A DNA stretch of 54,107 bases, counting the filler, from Squatina squatina (lineage: Eukaryota), in the NCBI GenBank assembly GCA_031763465.1. It is 3 parts of 3 records of this genome, joined end to end, with 100 filler letters (N's around TTAATTAATTAA, not from the genome) between each part and the next. Parts side by side here need not be neighbours in the genome. Positions count along the whole stretch, not along the records: positions 29,059 to 54,107 come from JARFOE010000020.1; 2 more parts are not named here. One strand, 5' to 3'. The notes under the pieces were generated by a model. That model did no database searches, had not been told where the DNA came from, and worked only from the letters and a program-made list of their open reading frames with translations. The position numbers and the translations under genes are program-made. Within the stretch, counting starts at the first letter, position 1, and the number at the start of each line of letters is the position of its first letter. Positions 35,822 through 49,200 of this stretch are shown here, piece by piece.

Positions 35822-36824
35822 GTAAGGTAGTCACATCAGTATTATTATTCTGTTTGGAAATGCATTTTTTATGAATTTACATTATTACACAGGAACAATT
35901 GATCAAGGCAGTTTGAACTGGTTTTGTCATTACCATAGTAGGCAGATGAAAGGACATTTCTGACTATATGGTACTCTTAACTCATCACTCTGATATGTTA
36001 TTACTGGCATGAAATCAAGTTTCTGTCCAAAACCTTATAGCTAAGAGAGACAGGTGACAATAACTGAGCCAACTGTGATGTTTATTTTTGTGCAATTGAG
36101 GGGGATGAATCATGTATGTTGAAAGTCACTATTTTCAATCCAATGAAGCGATTGAAAGCATATTAGAAATCGGATATTCTAATATAACTGTCACAAAATG
36201 GCATTAATTATTAAAATCCACCAGTGACACAGATTTGTACATTTTGATAGTTTATTGTGGATCAGAATGCCTAAAAAATAGTCGACCTATGTTCAGATTC
36301 CAATAAATAATACTTCCAGTAGTGGTGCCAGTATGGGGCTTTGGTTTTCTTACTGACTAGTCCTTATTCTAATGTATATTAAGTGAATTGGGTTCTCAAT
36401 CGGTGTTAAGAGTTCAAGCCAGCAGTTATGAAAATGTAAGTGTGCATATGGAATCTTCAAGAATACTCAGCTTTTATTTAATATAGCAAACTCCTTGAAT
36501 TAGTACTTGCATTCAGTAGTTTAAAAAGCCAATCAGTATAATACAATCAAATGCCATCATTTTACCTCAGACCTGGGTTTAGATCCGCTCGAGGTATGCA
36601 GGGTCCCATAAGGAAGGAGGCTGGATATTTTTCATCCTGTTTTATTAGTCGATAGCACAGACTTGCCCACACTTCTTCACTAATTAACTTTTTTTATCAT
36701 TGATTTTTATACTGGCAACATAATTGTAAAACCCCTTATGAGTGTTGTGCATTTTCTACTTTTATTTGTTATTCAGTTAACATGCACTTAAACCTGTCTC
36801 CTCCTTTACAAATCGATTCCTTAC

Positions 36825-37015
36825 ATTTTGTTTCTTCTTTTGCCATCCACATTGCGGTCCGTTTGATCCCGAGTTCCTTGGCATATTCATCACCATACCA
36901 GACCAGCAGCTCACACCGAGGAGGAACAGGTTTGCAGGTCCTGTAATAAATTTTGCCGCAGTGCTGAAAAGCGACAAGATTCTGCTCCTCCTCCTTTCTG
37001 GCACAGTTCACAAAT
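36825..37015 (-). CDS. PRDM9: PRDM9-like PR/SET domain, third exon
   Basis: ttccag|A TTT...AAA T|gtaagg. Encodes [51 protein letters not shown]. Tyrosines equivalent to human Y341 and Y357 are retained. Confidence 0.92.
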
Positions 37016-37494
37016 CTGGAACAGAACAAGCCAATACATAAGTGACAAAAATAAGTTAAAATTGTGAAATGAATCCAGAATGAAAAGGATATCAGTATAA
37101 AGTGTTAGAATGACAGGACATGTCCCGAGCCATGGACAAATTTCAACTTTAAACATGGTGTCAGGAGAGGACTCTCACTGGAGACCAATCACTTCAGTGT
37201 AGATACGAAGATAATGGCCCTGATATTTCCGGGGAGGGAGCGGGGAGAGATGGAGCCAGGCGGAGGAAGATGCAATGACCCGGAAATACGGGTTTCCTGG
37301 ATCTTCTGTTGAATTTAACACCAAAAGCTGCTCAAAATTGGCTCGGTTTCCTGGCCACAGCAACCCAGAATGAGAGGCTGACTGGATGTTGGGGGGGATA
37401 TTGTCCTGGATGGGTCAAATGAAATGGGACAAATGATCTTCCTCATCCGTTACTATCTTGTGATCCTCACAATATGGGATCAGTCTTGCCTCAC

Positions 37495-37562
37495 CTCATC
37501 CAATTTGATGTCGATTCATCCTTCGCATCAATGTATTCAATATCCTTGTTGGATTTACTGAT
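37495..37562 (-). CDS. PRDM9: PRDM9-like PR/SET domain, middle exon
   Basis: ttctgcag|ATC...ATG AG|gtgagg, 68 bp. Encodes ISKSNKDIEYIDAKDESTSNWMR (human [23 protein letters not shown]). Phases match both neighbours. Confidence 0.92.
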
Positions 37563-38769
37563 CTGCAGAAAGGTAGTTTGATGGACAAGAATGGATTAAT
37601 AAAAATTTTAAAGCACCTTTATCTTTATTTTAGCCCGTGATCAGGCTTAACGTGTATTGCAAGATTCTACTTCTTTTTGTAAAAACTCACCATCCGCTTA
37701 CCTGTTTTCTGTGATTATACCTTTATTTCAGAGTGCCCAGACCAGCAAAATGGCTGGGACTGAAATGATGCAGCTTTGGAGCTACAAAAATAGAATAATG
37801 GTGCTGACCAGTTTCAGGAAGCTTTGGAAAGTCTCGAAAGGTCCCTGAATCACTGTATTGTAAGAGCGCCCAGGATTTGTATTTGGCAAACACTGTTCAA
37901 TGTATTCTGAAACTAGGAATGATGAGAGTTGGTTGAGGTGACGCCTGAGTCTCCTCTGACCAGACAAAGAATGACAGCAGGCTCTGGGAATCTCCTGGAA
38001 CTGCTTTATTAGGATAATAGCTGAATTAGAACAAGACTCGATTAATCAGAATATGAACAAATTACAAGGGACTGGAATGTGGGATCATTCTTAGTTGAGC
38101 TTGGCTCCAGTACAAACCCATTGAATGAAAATGAAAGCAGCTACAAGGCCATCCATTACCAAAAGGCTCTATTCCTCAAAAACAGGAGTGGGGAATCAAG
38201 CTAAGAATGCAATAGTCAGAGGCCTCGAAATTGGATAAGGCCCGAAAACAGGTGCGGTCAACATGAAGCATGATGTGCCCATGCCTGTTCAAAGCAGTGC
38301 ATTATAATGATTGCAGCCCTGATCTCAGTGCGAAACGCACTGCTGATTAGCTGAGCACTGAACAGGGGGAGCAATATACTGGAGGCCTTGGTCGTGGAGG
38401 TTTTAATCTGTCATCAGGTCCTCTACCCGCTGTGGGTGGTGGGGGGGTGGGACAGGAGTACGTTGGACACATTGTGTGCGTGGGAACATCGCAATTTCAG
38501 GGCCCTTGCATCACAGTCACTGACACTTCCTTGCCCTTGTACAGGAAGTTGGTAAAAATCACCGTGAGCACCAGCAAATGGGTGGAGGATAACCAATAAT
38601 CGAGACCATTATGGATCTGGAGAAAGCAGCACTCGCAGTAACTGAAGGAGCAGTGACAGAGTCAGTGTTGAGTGTGTAAATCAAAATCATTGCTGATGAT
38701 GACATGATGCTCATACCTAATCCTTCTCAGAGCCCACTTCCCCCTCATCCCTTGCCATCAGCCAGGTTC

Positions 38770-39100
38770 AGAGTGGATCACACTTTTCCCTGAGCAGCCA
38801 CCCTCAGGTTTGACATGGTGCTTGGAAGATGGCTGGCACACCGGACTGGTGCAGGATGAAGGCATCATGACTGCTGTTGGGATAGCAGGAATTTTCCCTC
38901 ATGATGTGCTGGGCGTGGTCAGACAAGAACTGCACATTAAGTGACTGACAGCATTTGCATTTACACAACATCTCAGGATTGGTATGCGGTGGCCATGAAG
39001 CCACCTGTGTGCAGTGAGTTGCACCCTGCACCATGAGGAAGCCTGCTAACCTGACAAATCCACATGCACATTGCTCTTACTTCTCTCTGTTTGGAGAGAC
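38770..39100 (-). mobile_element. Decayed PIF/Harbinger DDE transposase in the PRDM9 intron
   Basis: LAGFLMVQGATHCTQV...SLNVQFLSDH...YPNSSHDAFIL..S....F...GWLLREKCDPL versus consensus GFP.VQGAIDCTH, SLNVQLVCD, YPGS.HD, WLLGD.GYPL. Confidence 0.8.
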
Positions 39101-39375
39101 GACAATGAAGTTCATTGTCCAGGAGAAGAGAGCCTCTGATCTCTAAGTTGTAGTTATGGTCAGCGAACATTTCCATGTGTTGGCAGGTTAGTTAAACACA
39201 AGAGGCATCACAGCAAAAACTAATTCTGTCTTCACTCGCTGTCTACTTACCAGTGAGACTCACTGAGTAGCAACCAGGAATAGGAATCTTGGATAATTTA
39301 CAGAAAATAAATTCAAATAAGTCCTTAACTTTAGTTTATAAAATGTGATACTTGATAATGACAGTAGTCACTTAC

Positions 39376-39647
39376 CGCCCACGAATACCCACTGACAGCA
39401 GCTGCTTCTTCATTTGACACGACTCCTTCATAGGCTCCAAAGTGAATGCCTTTGGGTATAACCTGCCCTTCATTCCAGACACCAAGACCAGCTTTTCGAA
39501 TTTTTGAAGGCAATATGCTGAGACCCTCTGGAAGGGTTAAACGTGCTCTGTCTGGCTGACTGGATTCGACCACCGTGTCCTTTATGAACACTGGAGGACC
39601 ATGCACAGGGCACTCTTCAACAAAAAATGACTCGCAGTCTTCACAAA
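39376..39647 (-). CDS. PRDM9: PRDM9-like zinc knuckle plus PR/SET N-terminal exon
   Basis: ttttgttag|TT TGT...TGG GCG|gtaagt, 272 bp. Encodes CEDCESFFVEECPVHGPPVFIKD...RARLTLPEGLSILPSKIRKAGLGVWNE...HFGAYEG...SGYSWA. The Y276 equivalent is retained. Confidence 0.93.
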
Positions 39648-40629
39648 CTAACAAAATACAAATGAAAATGAATCAGGGTCTCAGTTCATTATTCAGTGAT
39701 CATGAAGGTCTCGTACTGAGGAAGGACAGATTACCAATCATAGCTTTGATCATTCTCATTGGTGATTGCAATTCAGTCTGCACATACAGGTATAATATTT
39801 CCTTGATACCAGCTGGGGAAAACACGTGGGGCATCTTCCCTCTATGAAAATTACACTCAGTGCCAGTAAGATCTTCTCCCACTCTGTTGTAAACAAGGGT
39901 TTGTTCCAGGCGACGTGTTTGGTTCTTTACTCCAAGATGGGCTGTACTGACCACAATTAACAGCAATGCAAAAATTGTCAACAGTATCCCCAAGCCATGA
40001 CGCACCAGAAAAGATTAGGAGTGGGCAGGAAGGGCATTTTGCATAAGGAGGCTGAATTACTTCCAATAGGTTATAGTTTCCTCAGTCTTTGAATGAAGTT
40101 CAACCTGCACATCCAGTTCAAAAAGTCCCTCTAAGCCATCAGCCAAACCACTCTTGGGAACACTGCCAATTCTCAGATTTGCCATTTCAGTTATATTATG
40201 AAAATCTCTCCACACCCTTTCACAAGCTATGTTCAATCCCAACTTAATTCAGGCTGCATCGTCAATTCTATGGAAATTGTCATTGCTTGTCATTCATTAG
40301 TTGTCGAGGCCCTTCTGTCAGCTGGCATAGGATGCTTCAGAACCTTAGACAAGAAGCTGCTATTCCCTATAATCAGGGGGCGATAGTTTATGATTACTGA
40401 AAGTCCTATTCTATTTTATGACAAGATTCCAGAATTATTAACAATAATTTGGGGATCATATTTGTGATTGCTTTTTTTGAAAAGAAAGAAAAACACTCAG
40501 CGCCTGTTTGTGGGCAAACACAGGCCTGCTCTCCTGTCCCACCACTCTGACATGCTGTATTGCTCCAGCAATCCCCTGGTCTATTAAGACCCTGTGTCAT
40601 TGCAGCAAAACACCCAATAAATTATTCGT

Positions 40630-41135
40630 ACTCCATTCCCACTGCCCAGGATCCCAAACACAGGTGAGACAATGATTTACTTGTACTTCTTTCAATTTAG
40701 TATACTATATTCACTGCTCACGGTGTGGTCTCCTCTATACTGGGGAGACCAAACGCAGATTGGATGACCGCTTTGCAGAACACCTGCGTTCAGTCTGTAA
40801 GTGTGATCTTGAGCTTCCGGTTGCCTGTCACTTTAATTCTCCACTTCATTCCCACTCTGATCTCTCTGTACTTGGCGTCTTACACTGTTCCAATGAAGCT
40901 CAGTGTAAGCTCGAGGAACTTTTCGTTTAGGCACTTTACTGCCTTCTGGACTCAACATCGAGTTCAGCAATTTCAAACCATAACCTCTGCCCCTACATTT
41001 TTTCACTTATTTCGCTATTTTATGTTTTTGTTTCCCTCTCATGGCCGTTGTTGATTTACTCGCGATCTAGCCCCATCTTTTGTTCCCATTACCATCTCCA
41101 TTTGCCTTGCACCAGCTCTTCATGTCCCTTAATCT
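40630..41135 (+). mobile_element. Penelope-like element GIY-YIG endonuclease and 3' region
   Basis: FTCTSFNLVYYIHCSRCGLLYTGETKRRLDDRFAEHLRSV......PVACHFNS...KLEE...LGTLLPSGLNIEF. Same family as 4225-4705. Confidence 0.9.
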
Positions 41136-41235
41136 NNNNNNNNNNNNNNNNNNNNNNNNNNNNNNNNNNNNNNNNNNNNNNNNNNNNNNNNNNNNNNNNN
41201 NNNNNNNNNNNNNNNNNNNNNNNNNNNNNNNNNNN

Positions 41236-41907
41236 GTAATTCACAATACGCACTGATTGGGGAGAGTGAGTGTGTCTGTAATTCACAATACGCACTGATT
41301 GGGGAGAGTGAGTTTGACTGTAATTCACAATATGCACTGATTGTAGAGAGTGAGTTTGTCTGTAATTCACAATCTGCACCGATTGGGGAGAGTGAGTGTG
41401 TCTGCGATTCACAAAAGGCACTGATTGGGCAGAGTGAGTGTGTCTGTAATTCACAATACGCACTGATTAGGGAGAGTGAGTGTGTCTGTAATTCACAATA
41501 CGCAATGATTGGGGAAAGTGAGTGTGTCAATAATTCACAATACGCACCGATTGGGGAGAGTGAGTGTGACTGCAATTCACAATCTGCACCGATTGGGGAG
41601 AGTGAGTGTGTCTGTGATTCACAATACGCACTGATTGGGGAGAGTGAGTGTGTGTGTAATTCACAATACACACGGATTGGGGAGAGTGAGTGTGTCTGTA
41701 ATTCACAATACGCACTGATTTGGGAGAGTGAGTGTGGCTGTGATTCACAATACGCACTGATTGGGGAGAGTGAGTGTGGCTGTGATTCACAATATGCACT
41801 GATTGGGGAGAGTGAGTGTGACTGTAATTCACAGAACACACCGATTGGGGAGAGTGAGTGTGACTGTAATTCACAGTACGCACCGATTGGGGAGAGTGAG
41901 TGTGTCT
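41236..41907. repeat. 42-bp minisatellite, ~16 copies
   Basis: Unit gtaattcacaatacgcactgattggggagagtgagtgtgtct. Explains the 14-aa periodic ORFs. Confidence 0.95.
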
Positions 41908-42944
41908 NNNNNNNNNNNNNNNNNNNNNNNNNNNNNNNNNNNNNNNNNNNNNNNNNNNNNNNNNNNNNNNNNNNNNNNNNNNNNNNNNNNNNNNNNNNNN
42001 NNNNNNNGAGGGTATGCATGGCTCAGTGTCAATTCTTGTTTGATTGAGCTCTTGTGGAAGCGCCTTGGGACGTTTTACTTTGTTAAAGACAAGTTGTTGT
42101 TGTAAGCCAGGCGCAGTCCATATTAGGCACATGTGTAACGTTCCCGCAATGGTGCGCGTGCGGGAAGGTTTCTGCAGAGGCCACTCATGGCTCACTCGCA
42201 GAAATCTAAAGGGACCGCGCTTTGGAAGAAACAGGCAAACAGAGCAAAGCCCAGCTTACAGGGAAGATGGGTAGTGAAGCTCCCTCCAGTCATTGAGAGC
42301 CTGCAACCTCCAGCTCTGGGCCTTTAATATGGCTGTGACGCCTGTACTATTTTCTCTCTTTTCTAGACAGTGTTGATACCCCTCCTCCTGTTCTCTCCCT
42401 CATGNNNNNNNNNNTATTGAACCGTAAGTAACCGTAAAAGGTGTTGCCTTTTCTTGTTTACACACAGACAGGGTCCCTGCCAAAGTGTGGCACGGGACGA
42501 CATCAGAGCAAGCAAGAGCTGCTTCCATCGTTGTGCGGGGGGTGAAAGCTCTGTCAAGTCTGTGGTGACTCAGACACTAGGGCTGGATGGTTGAAGCCGA
42601 TTACAACTTGACCTCAGTGACCCTTGGAGTGAGGGGAGGGATTCAAGCAGCCCCCACACCTCTTCACAAATATTGGGTGGGAACAGGATCACACTTGGCC
42701 TGATACACTTCCAGGGTCAAATATCCAGCCAGAACTCGCCATATAGGATTGCGTGCAAGGTGGCCACTGGAGGGGGAACGGAGAGATAGAGAGAGCGACT
42801 ACCCCAGAAACCAACAGCACCCTCAGGGGTGAAGTTGTGGGGGGGTGGAGAAGATTGAGGGAGTAACACTCTCCGAGACCATTTTAATACTTCAGTCTTA
42901 ATGTGGCTTGTATGATAACCTCATACTGAGGCCCTATTGATGCC

Positions 42945-43154
42945 TATAACGATGATAGGATCTGATAGTTTCTATCTACCCTAATTCCTCCGGGGCGAGA
43001 ATCCAGAACAATAGTCTTAAAATTAGAGCCAGGCCGTTCATGGGGTGATGTCAGGAAGCACGTCTTCACACAAAGGCTAGCGAAAATCTGGAACTCTCTC
43101 CCCAAAAGGCTGTGGATGCTGGGGGGAGCTTTCTAGACTGAGATGGACAGATTG
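42945..43154 (+). mobile_element. CR1 LINE ORF2 C-terminal fragment
   Basis: SLKIRARPF...VRKHVFTQRLAKIWNSLPKRLW-like sequence. Confidence 0.7.
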
Positions 43155-43254
43155 NNNNNNNNNNNNNNNNNNNNNNNNNNNNNNNNNNNNNNNNNNNNNN
43201 NNNNNNNNNNNNNNNNNNNNNNNNNNNNNNNNNNNNNNNNNNNNNNNNNNNNNN

Positions 43255-46180
43255 TTCCCCGCTCTCCACTCTCCGGCTCTTTGTACAGTCGCCACTCTCC
43301 ACTCTCCCGCTCTTTATACAGTCCCCGCTCTCCTCTCTCCGACTCTTTGTCCAGTCCCCACTGTCCTCTCTCTCTCACTCTTTATACAGTCGCCGCTCTC
43401 CTCTCTCCCGCTCTTTATACAGTCCCCGCTCACCAATCCCGCTGTTTACACTGTACCCACTCTCCTTCATCTCACTCTTTATAGAGTTGTTGCTCTCTTC
43501 TCCCCCGGACTTTATACAGTTCGCGCTCTCCTCTCTCCTGCTCTTTATACAGCCGCCGCTCTTCCCCCTCCCGCTCTTTATACACTCGCCGCTCTCCTCT
43601 CTCCTGCTCTTTAGACAGTCTCTGCTCTCCTCTCTCCCGCTCTTTACACAGTCGCCACTCTCCTCTCTTCCGCTCTTTATACAGTCAATGTTCTACACTC
43701 TCCTTCTCTTGATACAATAGCCGCCTTCCTCTCTCCCGCTCTTTATACAGACCCCACTCTCCTCGCTCCCGCTCTTTATACATTCCCCGCTCTCCCCTCT
43801 CCGGCTCCTTGTACAGTCGCCGCTCTCCTCTCTCCCGCCCATTCCACATTCGCTGCTCTCCTCTCTCGTGCTCTTTATTCAGGCCCACTCTCCTCTCTGT
43901 CTCCTGATACAGTCGCCGCTCTCATCTCTCCCGCTCTTTATACATTCCCCACACTCCTCTCTCCCACTCTTTATATATTCCCTGCTCTCCTCTCTCACTT
44001 TCATTATACATAGCTGCGCTCCTCTCTCCCACTCTTTCTACAGTCGCCACTCGCCTCTCTCCTGCTCTTTATACAGTCACTGCACTCCTCTCTCCCACTC
44101 ATCATACAGTCGTTGCGCTCCTCTCTCCTGCTCTTTATACAGTCAATGCTCTACACTCTCCTGCTCTTTATACAGTCACCGCTCTCCTCACTCCTGCCCT
44201 TTACACAGATGCTGCTCTCCTCTCTACCGCTCTTTATACAGACCCCGCTCTCCTCGCTCCCGCTCTTTATACAGTCCTCGCTCTCCTCTCTCCCACTCTT
44301 TATACATTCCCCGCTCTCCACTCTCTGGCTCTTTGTACAGTCGCCACTCTCCACTCTCCCGCTCTTCATACAGTCCCCGCTCTCCTCTCTCCCACTCTTT
44401 GACTAGTCCCCGCTCTCCTCTCTCTCTCACTCTTTATACAGTTCGCGCTCTCCTCTCCCCCGGTCTTTATACATTTCGCGCTCTCCTCTCTCCTGCTCTT
44501 TATGCAGCTGCCGCTCTTGCCCTCCCGCTCTTTATACACTCGCTGCTCTCCTCTCTCCTGCTCTTTAGACAGTCCTCGCTCTCCTCTCTCCTGCTCTTTA
44601 CACAGTCGCCACTCTCCTCTCTTCCGCTCTTTATACAGTCAATGTTCTGCACTCTCCTTCTCTTTGTACAATAGCCGCTCTTCTCTCTCCCGCTCTTTAC
44701 ACAGATGCTGCTCTCTTCGCTCCCGCTTGTTATACAGACCCTGCTTTCCTCCCTACCGCTCTTTATACAGTCCTCGCTCTCCTCTCTCCCACTCTTTATA
44801 CATTACCCGCTCTCCACTCTCCGGCTCTTTGTACAGTCGCCACTCTGCACTCTCCCACTCTTTATACAGTCCCCGCTCTCCTCTCTCCCACTCTTTGTCC
44901 AGTCCCCACTGTCCTCTCTCTCTCACTCTTTATACATTCGCTGCTCTCCTCTCTCCTGCTCTTTATACAGTCCCCACTCACCAATCCTGCTGTTTACACA
45001 TTCCCCACTCTCCTTTCTCTCACACTTTATACAGTTGTTGCTCTCCTCTCTCCTGCTCTTTATACAGTTCGGCTCTCCTCTCTCCCAGTCTTTATACAGT
45101 TCGCGCTCTCCTCTCTCCCGCTCTTTATACAGTCGCAGCTCTCCTCTCTCCAGCGCTTTAGACAGTCGCCCCTCTCCTCGCTCCCGCTCTTTATACGGTC
45201 CTCGCTCTCCTCTCTCCCACTCTTTATACATTCCACGCTCTCCACTCTCCGGCTCTTTGTCCAGTCACCGCTCTACTCTCTCCCGCTCATTTCACATTCA
45301 CTGCTCTCCTCTCTCCTGGTCTTCATACATTGCCCGCTCTCCACTCTCCTGCTCTTTGTACAGTCGCCACTCTCCTCTCTTCCGCTCTTTATACCGTCCC
45401 CACTCTCCGCTCTCCTGGTCTTCATACATTGCCCGCTCTCGACTCTCCCGCTCTTTATACAGTCCCCGCTCTCCTCTCTCCTGCTCTTCATACATTCCCC
45501 GCTCTCGACGCTCCCGCTCTTTATACAGTCCCCGCTCTCCTCTCTCCCACTCATTATACATTCCCTGCTCTCCTCTCTCCCACTCTTTATACAGTCGCGC
45601 TCTCTCTCCCGCTCTTTATAGAGTCACCGCTCTACTCTCTCCCCATCATTACACATTCACTGCTCTCCTCTCTGTTGCTCTTTATTCAGGCCCGCTCCCC
45701 TCTCTCTCTCTTTATACAGTCGCCGCTGTCCTCTCTCCCGCTCTGTATACAGTCCCCGCTCTCCTGTCTCCTGCTCTTTATTCATTCACCACTCTCCACT
45801 CTCCCGCACTTTGTACAGTCCCTGCTCTCCACTCTCCCGCTCTTTGTCCAATCCCCGCTCTCCATTCCACTCTCACGATCTTTATACAGACCCCACTCTC
45901 CTCACTCCCGCTCTTTATACAGTCCCCACTCTCCTCTCTCCCGCTCTTTTTACATTCCCCGCTCTCCACTCTCCGGCTCTTTATACAATCGCCTCTCTCC
46001 TCTCTTCCACTCTTTATACAGTCACCGCTCTCCTCACTCCTGCTGTTTACACAGATACTGCTCTCCTCCCTACCGCTCTTTATAAGGTCCTCGCTCTCCT
46101 CTGTCCCACTCTTTATACATTCCCCGCTCTCCACTCTCCGGCTCTTTGTACAGTCGCCACTCTCCACTCTCCCGCTCTTT
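43255..46180. repeat. 33-bp pyrimidine-rich minisatellite
   Basis: Unit ctctcctctctcccgctctttatacagtccccg. Explains the 11-aa periodic ORFs (SPLSSLPLFIQ). Confidence 0.95.
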
Positions 46181-46280
46181 NNNNNNNNNNNNNNNNNNNN
46201 NNNNNNNNNNNNNNNNNNNNNNNNNNNNNNNNNNNNNNNNNNNNNNNNNNNNNNNNNNNNNNNNNNNNNNNNNNNNNNNN

Positions 46281-49200
46281 AGCCTCCCTCACTGACCATC
46301 CCACACTGAACCTCTGACACTGCCCACCCCTCACTGACCATCCGGCACTGACTATTCATCACTGACCATCCGACACTGACCAGCCCTCACTGACTATACC
46401 ACACTGACCAACCCACACTGACCATCTCACACTGACCATCCCTCACTGACCATCCTTCACTGACCATCCCTCACTGACCAGTCCTCACTGACCATCTCTC
46501 ACTGACCAACCCACACTGACCATTCTTCACTGACCATCCCTCACTGACCATCGCTCACTGACCAACTATCACTGGCCAAATCACACTGAACATTCTTCAC
46601 TGACCAACCCTCATTGACCATCCAATACTGACCATCCCTCACTGACCATCCGATACTGACCATCCCTCACTGACCATCCCACACTGACCATTTCCCACTG
46701 ACCATTCCACACTGACCATCCATCACGGACCATCCCACACTGACCATCCCTCACTGACCATCCCTGAATGACCATCCAACACTGACCAGTCCTCACAGAT
46801 CATCCCTCACTGAACTTTCCTCACTGACCAGTCAAACTGACCAGCCTGCAATGAACATCCAACATTGACCATCCCCCACTGACCATCTGACACGAACCAT
46901 ACTTCACTGATCATTCAAGACTGACCATCCCTCACTGACCATCCTTCACTGACCCTCTGACACAGACCGTCACTCACTGACCAGCGACACTGACCATCCC
47001 TCACTGACCATCCCAACTGACCATCCCTCAGTGAACTTCCCACACTGAACATCCCTCACTGACCATCCCTCGCTGACCATCCCACAATGACCATCCCTCA
47101 CTGACCATCCCGCACGGACCAACCCTCAATGCACATCCCACACTGACCATCCCACAGTGAACATCCCTCACTGACCATTCCTCACTGACCATCCCTCATT
47201 GACCATCACACACTGACCATCCCTCTGTGACCATCACTCACTGACCAGTCCTCACTGACCATCTCTCACTGATCAACCTTCACTGACCATCCCTCACTGA
47301 CCATCCCTCACTGAACATGCCGCACTGACCATCTCTCATTGACCATCCCTCGCTGAGCATCCCTCACTGACCATCCGACACTGACTATTCATCACTGACC
47401 ATCCGACACTGCCCATCCCTCACTGACCATCCGACACTGACTATTCATCACTGACCATCCGACACTGACCATCCCTCACTGACTATCCCACACTGACCAT
47501 CCCACACTGACCAATCCACACTGAACATCCCTCACTGACCATTCCTCACTGACCATCCCTCTGTGACCATCACTCACTGACCATACCACACTGACCATCC
47601 CTCAGTGACTTTCCCACACTGACCATCCCTCACGACCATCCCACACTGACCATCTCTCATTGACCATCCCACATTGACCATCCCTCAGTGACCATCACTC
47701 ACTGACCATCTCTCACTGACCAGTGCTCACTGACCATCCGACACTTGCCATCCCTCAATGTCCATCCAACACTGACCAGTCCTCACAGATCATCCCTCAC
47801 TGAACATCCCTCACTGACCAGTCAAAACCACCAGCCCACAATGAACATCCAACATTGACCATCCCCCACTGACCATCTGACACTAACCATCCTTCACTGA
47901 TCATTCAAGACTGACCATCACTCACTGACCATCCTTCACTGACCCTCCGACACTGACCGTCACTCACTGACCCATGACACTGACCATCCCTCACTGACCA
48001 GCCCACAATGACCATCCCTCACTGACCATCCCTCACTGACCATCCCAACTGACCATCCCTCAGTGAAGTTCCCACACTGACCATCCCACACTGAACATCC
48101 CTCACTGACCATCCCTCACTGACCATCCCACAATGACCATCCCTCACTGACCATCCCTCACTGACCATCCCACACTGACCATCCCTCAGTGACCTTCCCA
48201 CACTGACCATCCCACACTGAACATCCCTCACTGACCATCCCTCACTGACCATCCCTCATTGACCATCCCACACTCACCATCCCTCAGTGACCATCCCTCA
48301 CTGACCATCTCTCACTGACCAGTCCTCACTGACCATCTCTCACTGACCAACCTTCACTGACCATCCCTCACTGACGATCCCTCACTGTACATGCCTCACT
48401 GACCATCTCTGACTGACCATCCCTCGCTGAGCCTCCCTCACTGACCATCCCACACTGAACCTCTGACACTGCCCACCCCTCACTGACCATCCGGCACTGA
48501 CTATTCCTCACTGACCAATCTTCACTGACCATCCCTCGCTGACCGTCCCTCACTGACCATCCCTCGCTGACCATCCCTCACTGAACATCCCTCACTAACG
48601 ATCCCTCACTGACCATCCGACACTGACCATCCCTCACTGCCCATCCCACACTGACCCTCCGACATTGCACATCCCACACTGACCCTCCGACACTGCACCT
48701 CCCTCACTGACCATCCGACACTGACCATCCCTCACTGACCATCCAACACTGACCATCCCTCACTGACCATCCCACACTGACCATCCCTCAGTGACCATCG
48801 CTCACTGACCATCTCTCACTGACCAGTCCTCACTGACCATCACTCACTGACCAACCCACACTGACCATCCCTCACTGACCATCCCCCACTGACCAATCCT
48901 CGGTGCCATTCCCTCACTGACTATCCCACACTGACAATCCCTCACTGACCATCTCACACAGACCATTCTTCACTGACCATCCCTCACTGACCATCTCTCA
49001 CTGACCAACCCACACTGACCATTCTTCACTGAACATCCCTTCACTGACCATCCCTCACTGACCAACCCACACTGACCATCCCACACTGACCATCCCTCAC
49101 TGACCATCCTTCACTGAGCATCCCACACTAACCATCCCGCACTGACCATCCCTCACTGACCATCCCACACTGTCCATCCCTCATTGACCATCCCACACTG

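Noticed and set aside
36566-36680. Possible next PRDM9 exon
   Set aside because: Weak acceptor, early stop in the required phase, and no post-SET zinc finger.
39700-40242. Minus-strand ORFs upstream of the PRDM9 knuckle exon (possible SSXRD exon)
   Set aside because: No SSXRD-like motif (LRERK...Y.E..EPQDDD) and incompatible phase.
41089-42195. His/Cys-rich periodic ORFs resembling zinc fingers, near PRDM9
   Set aside because: 42-bp minisatellite. It lacks C2H2 spacing, TGEKP linkers and the 84-bp unit, so it is not the PRDM9 ZF array.
43255-46362. Long ORFs (up to 534 aa) with SPLS/LFIQ periodicity
   Set aside because: Products of a stop-poor 33-bp minisatellite; open in several frames on both strands.
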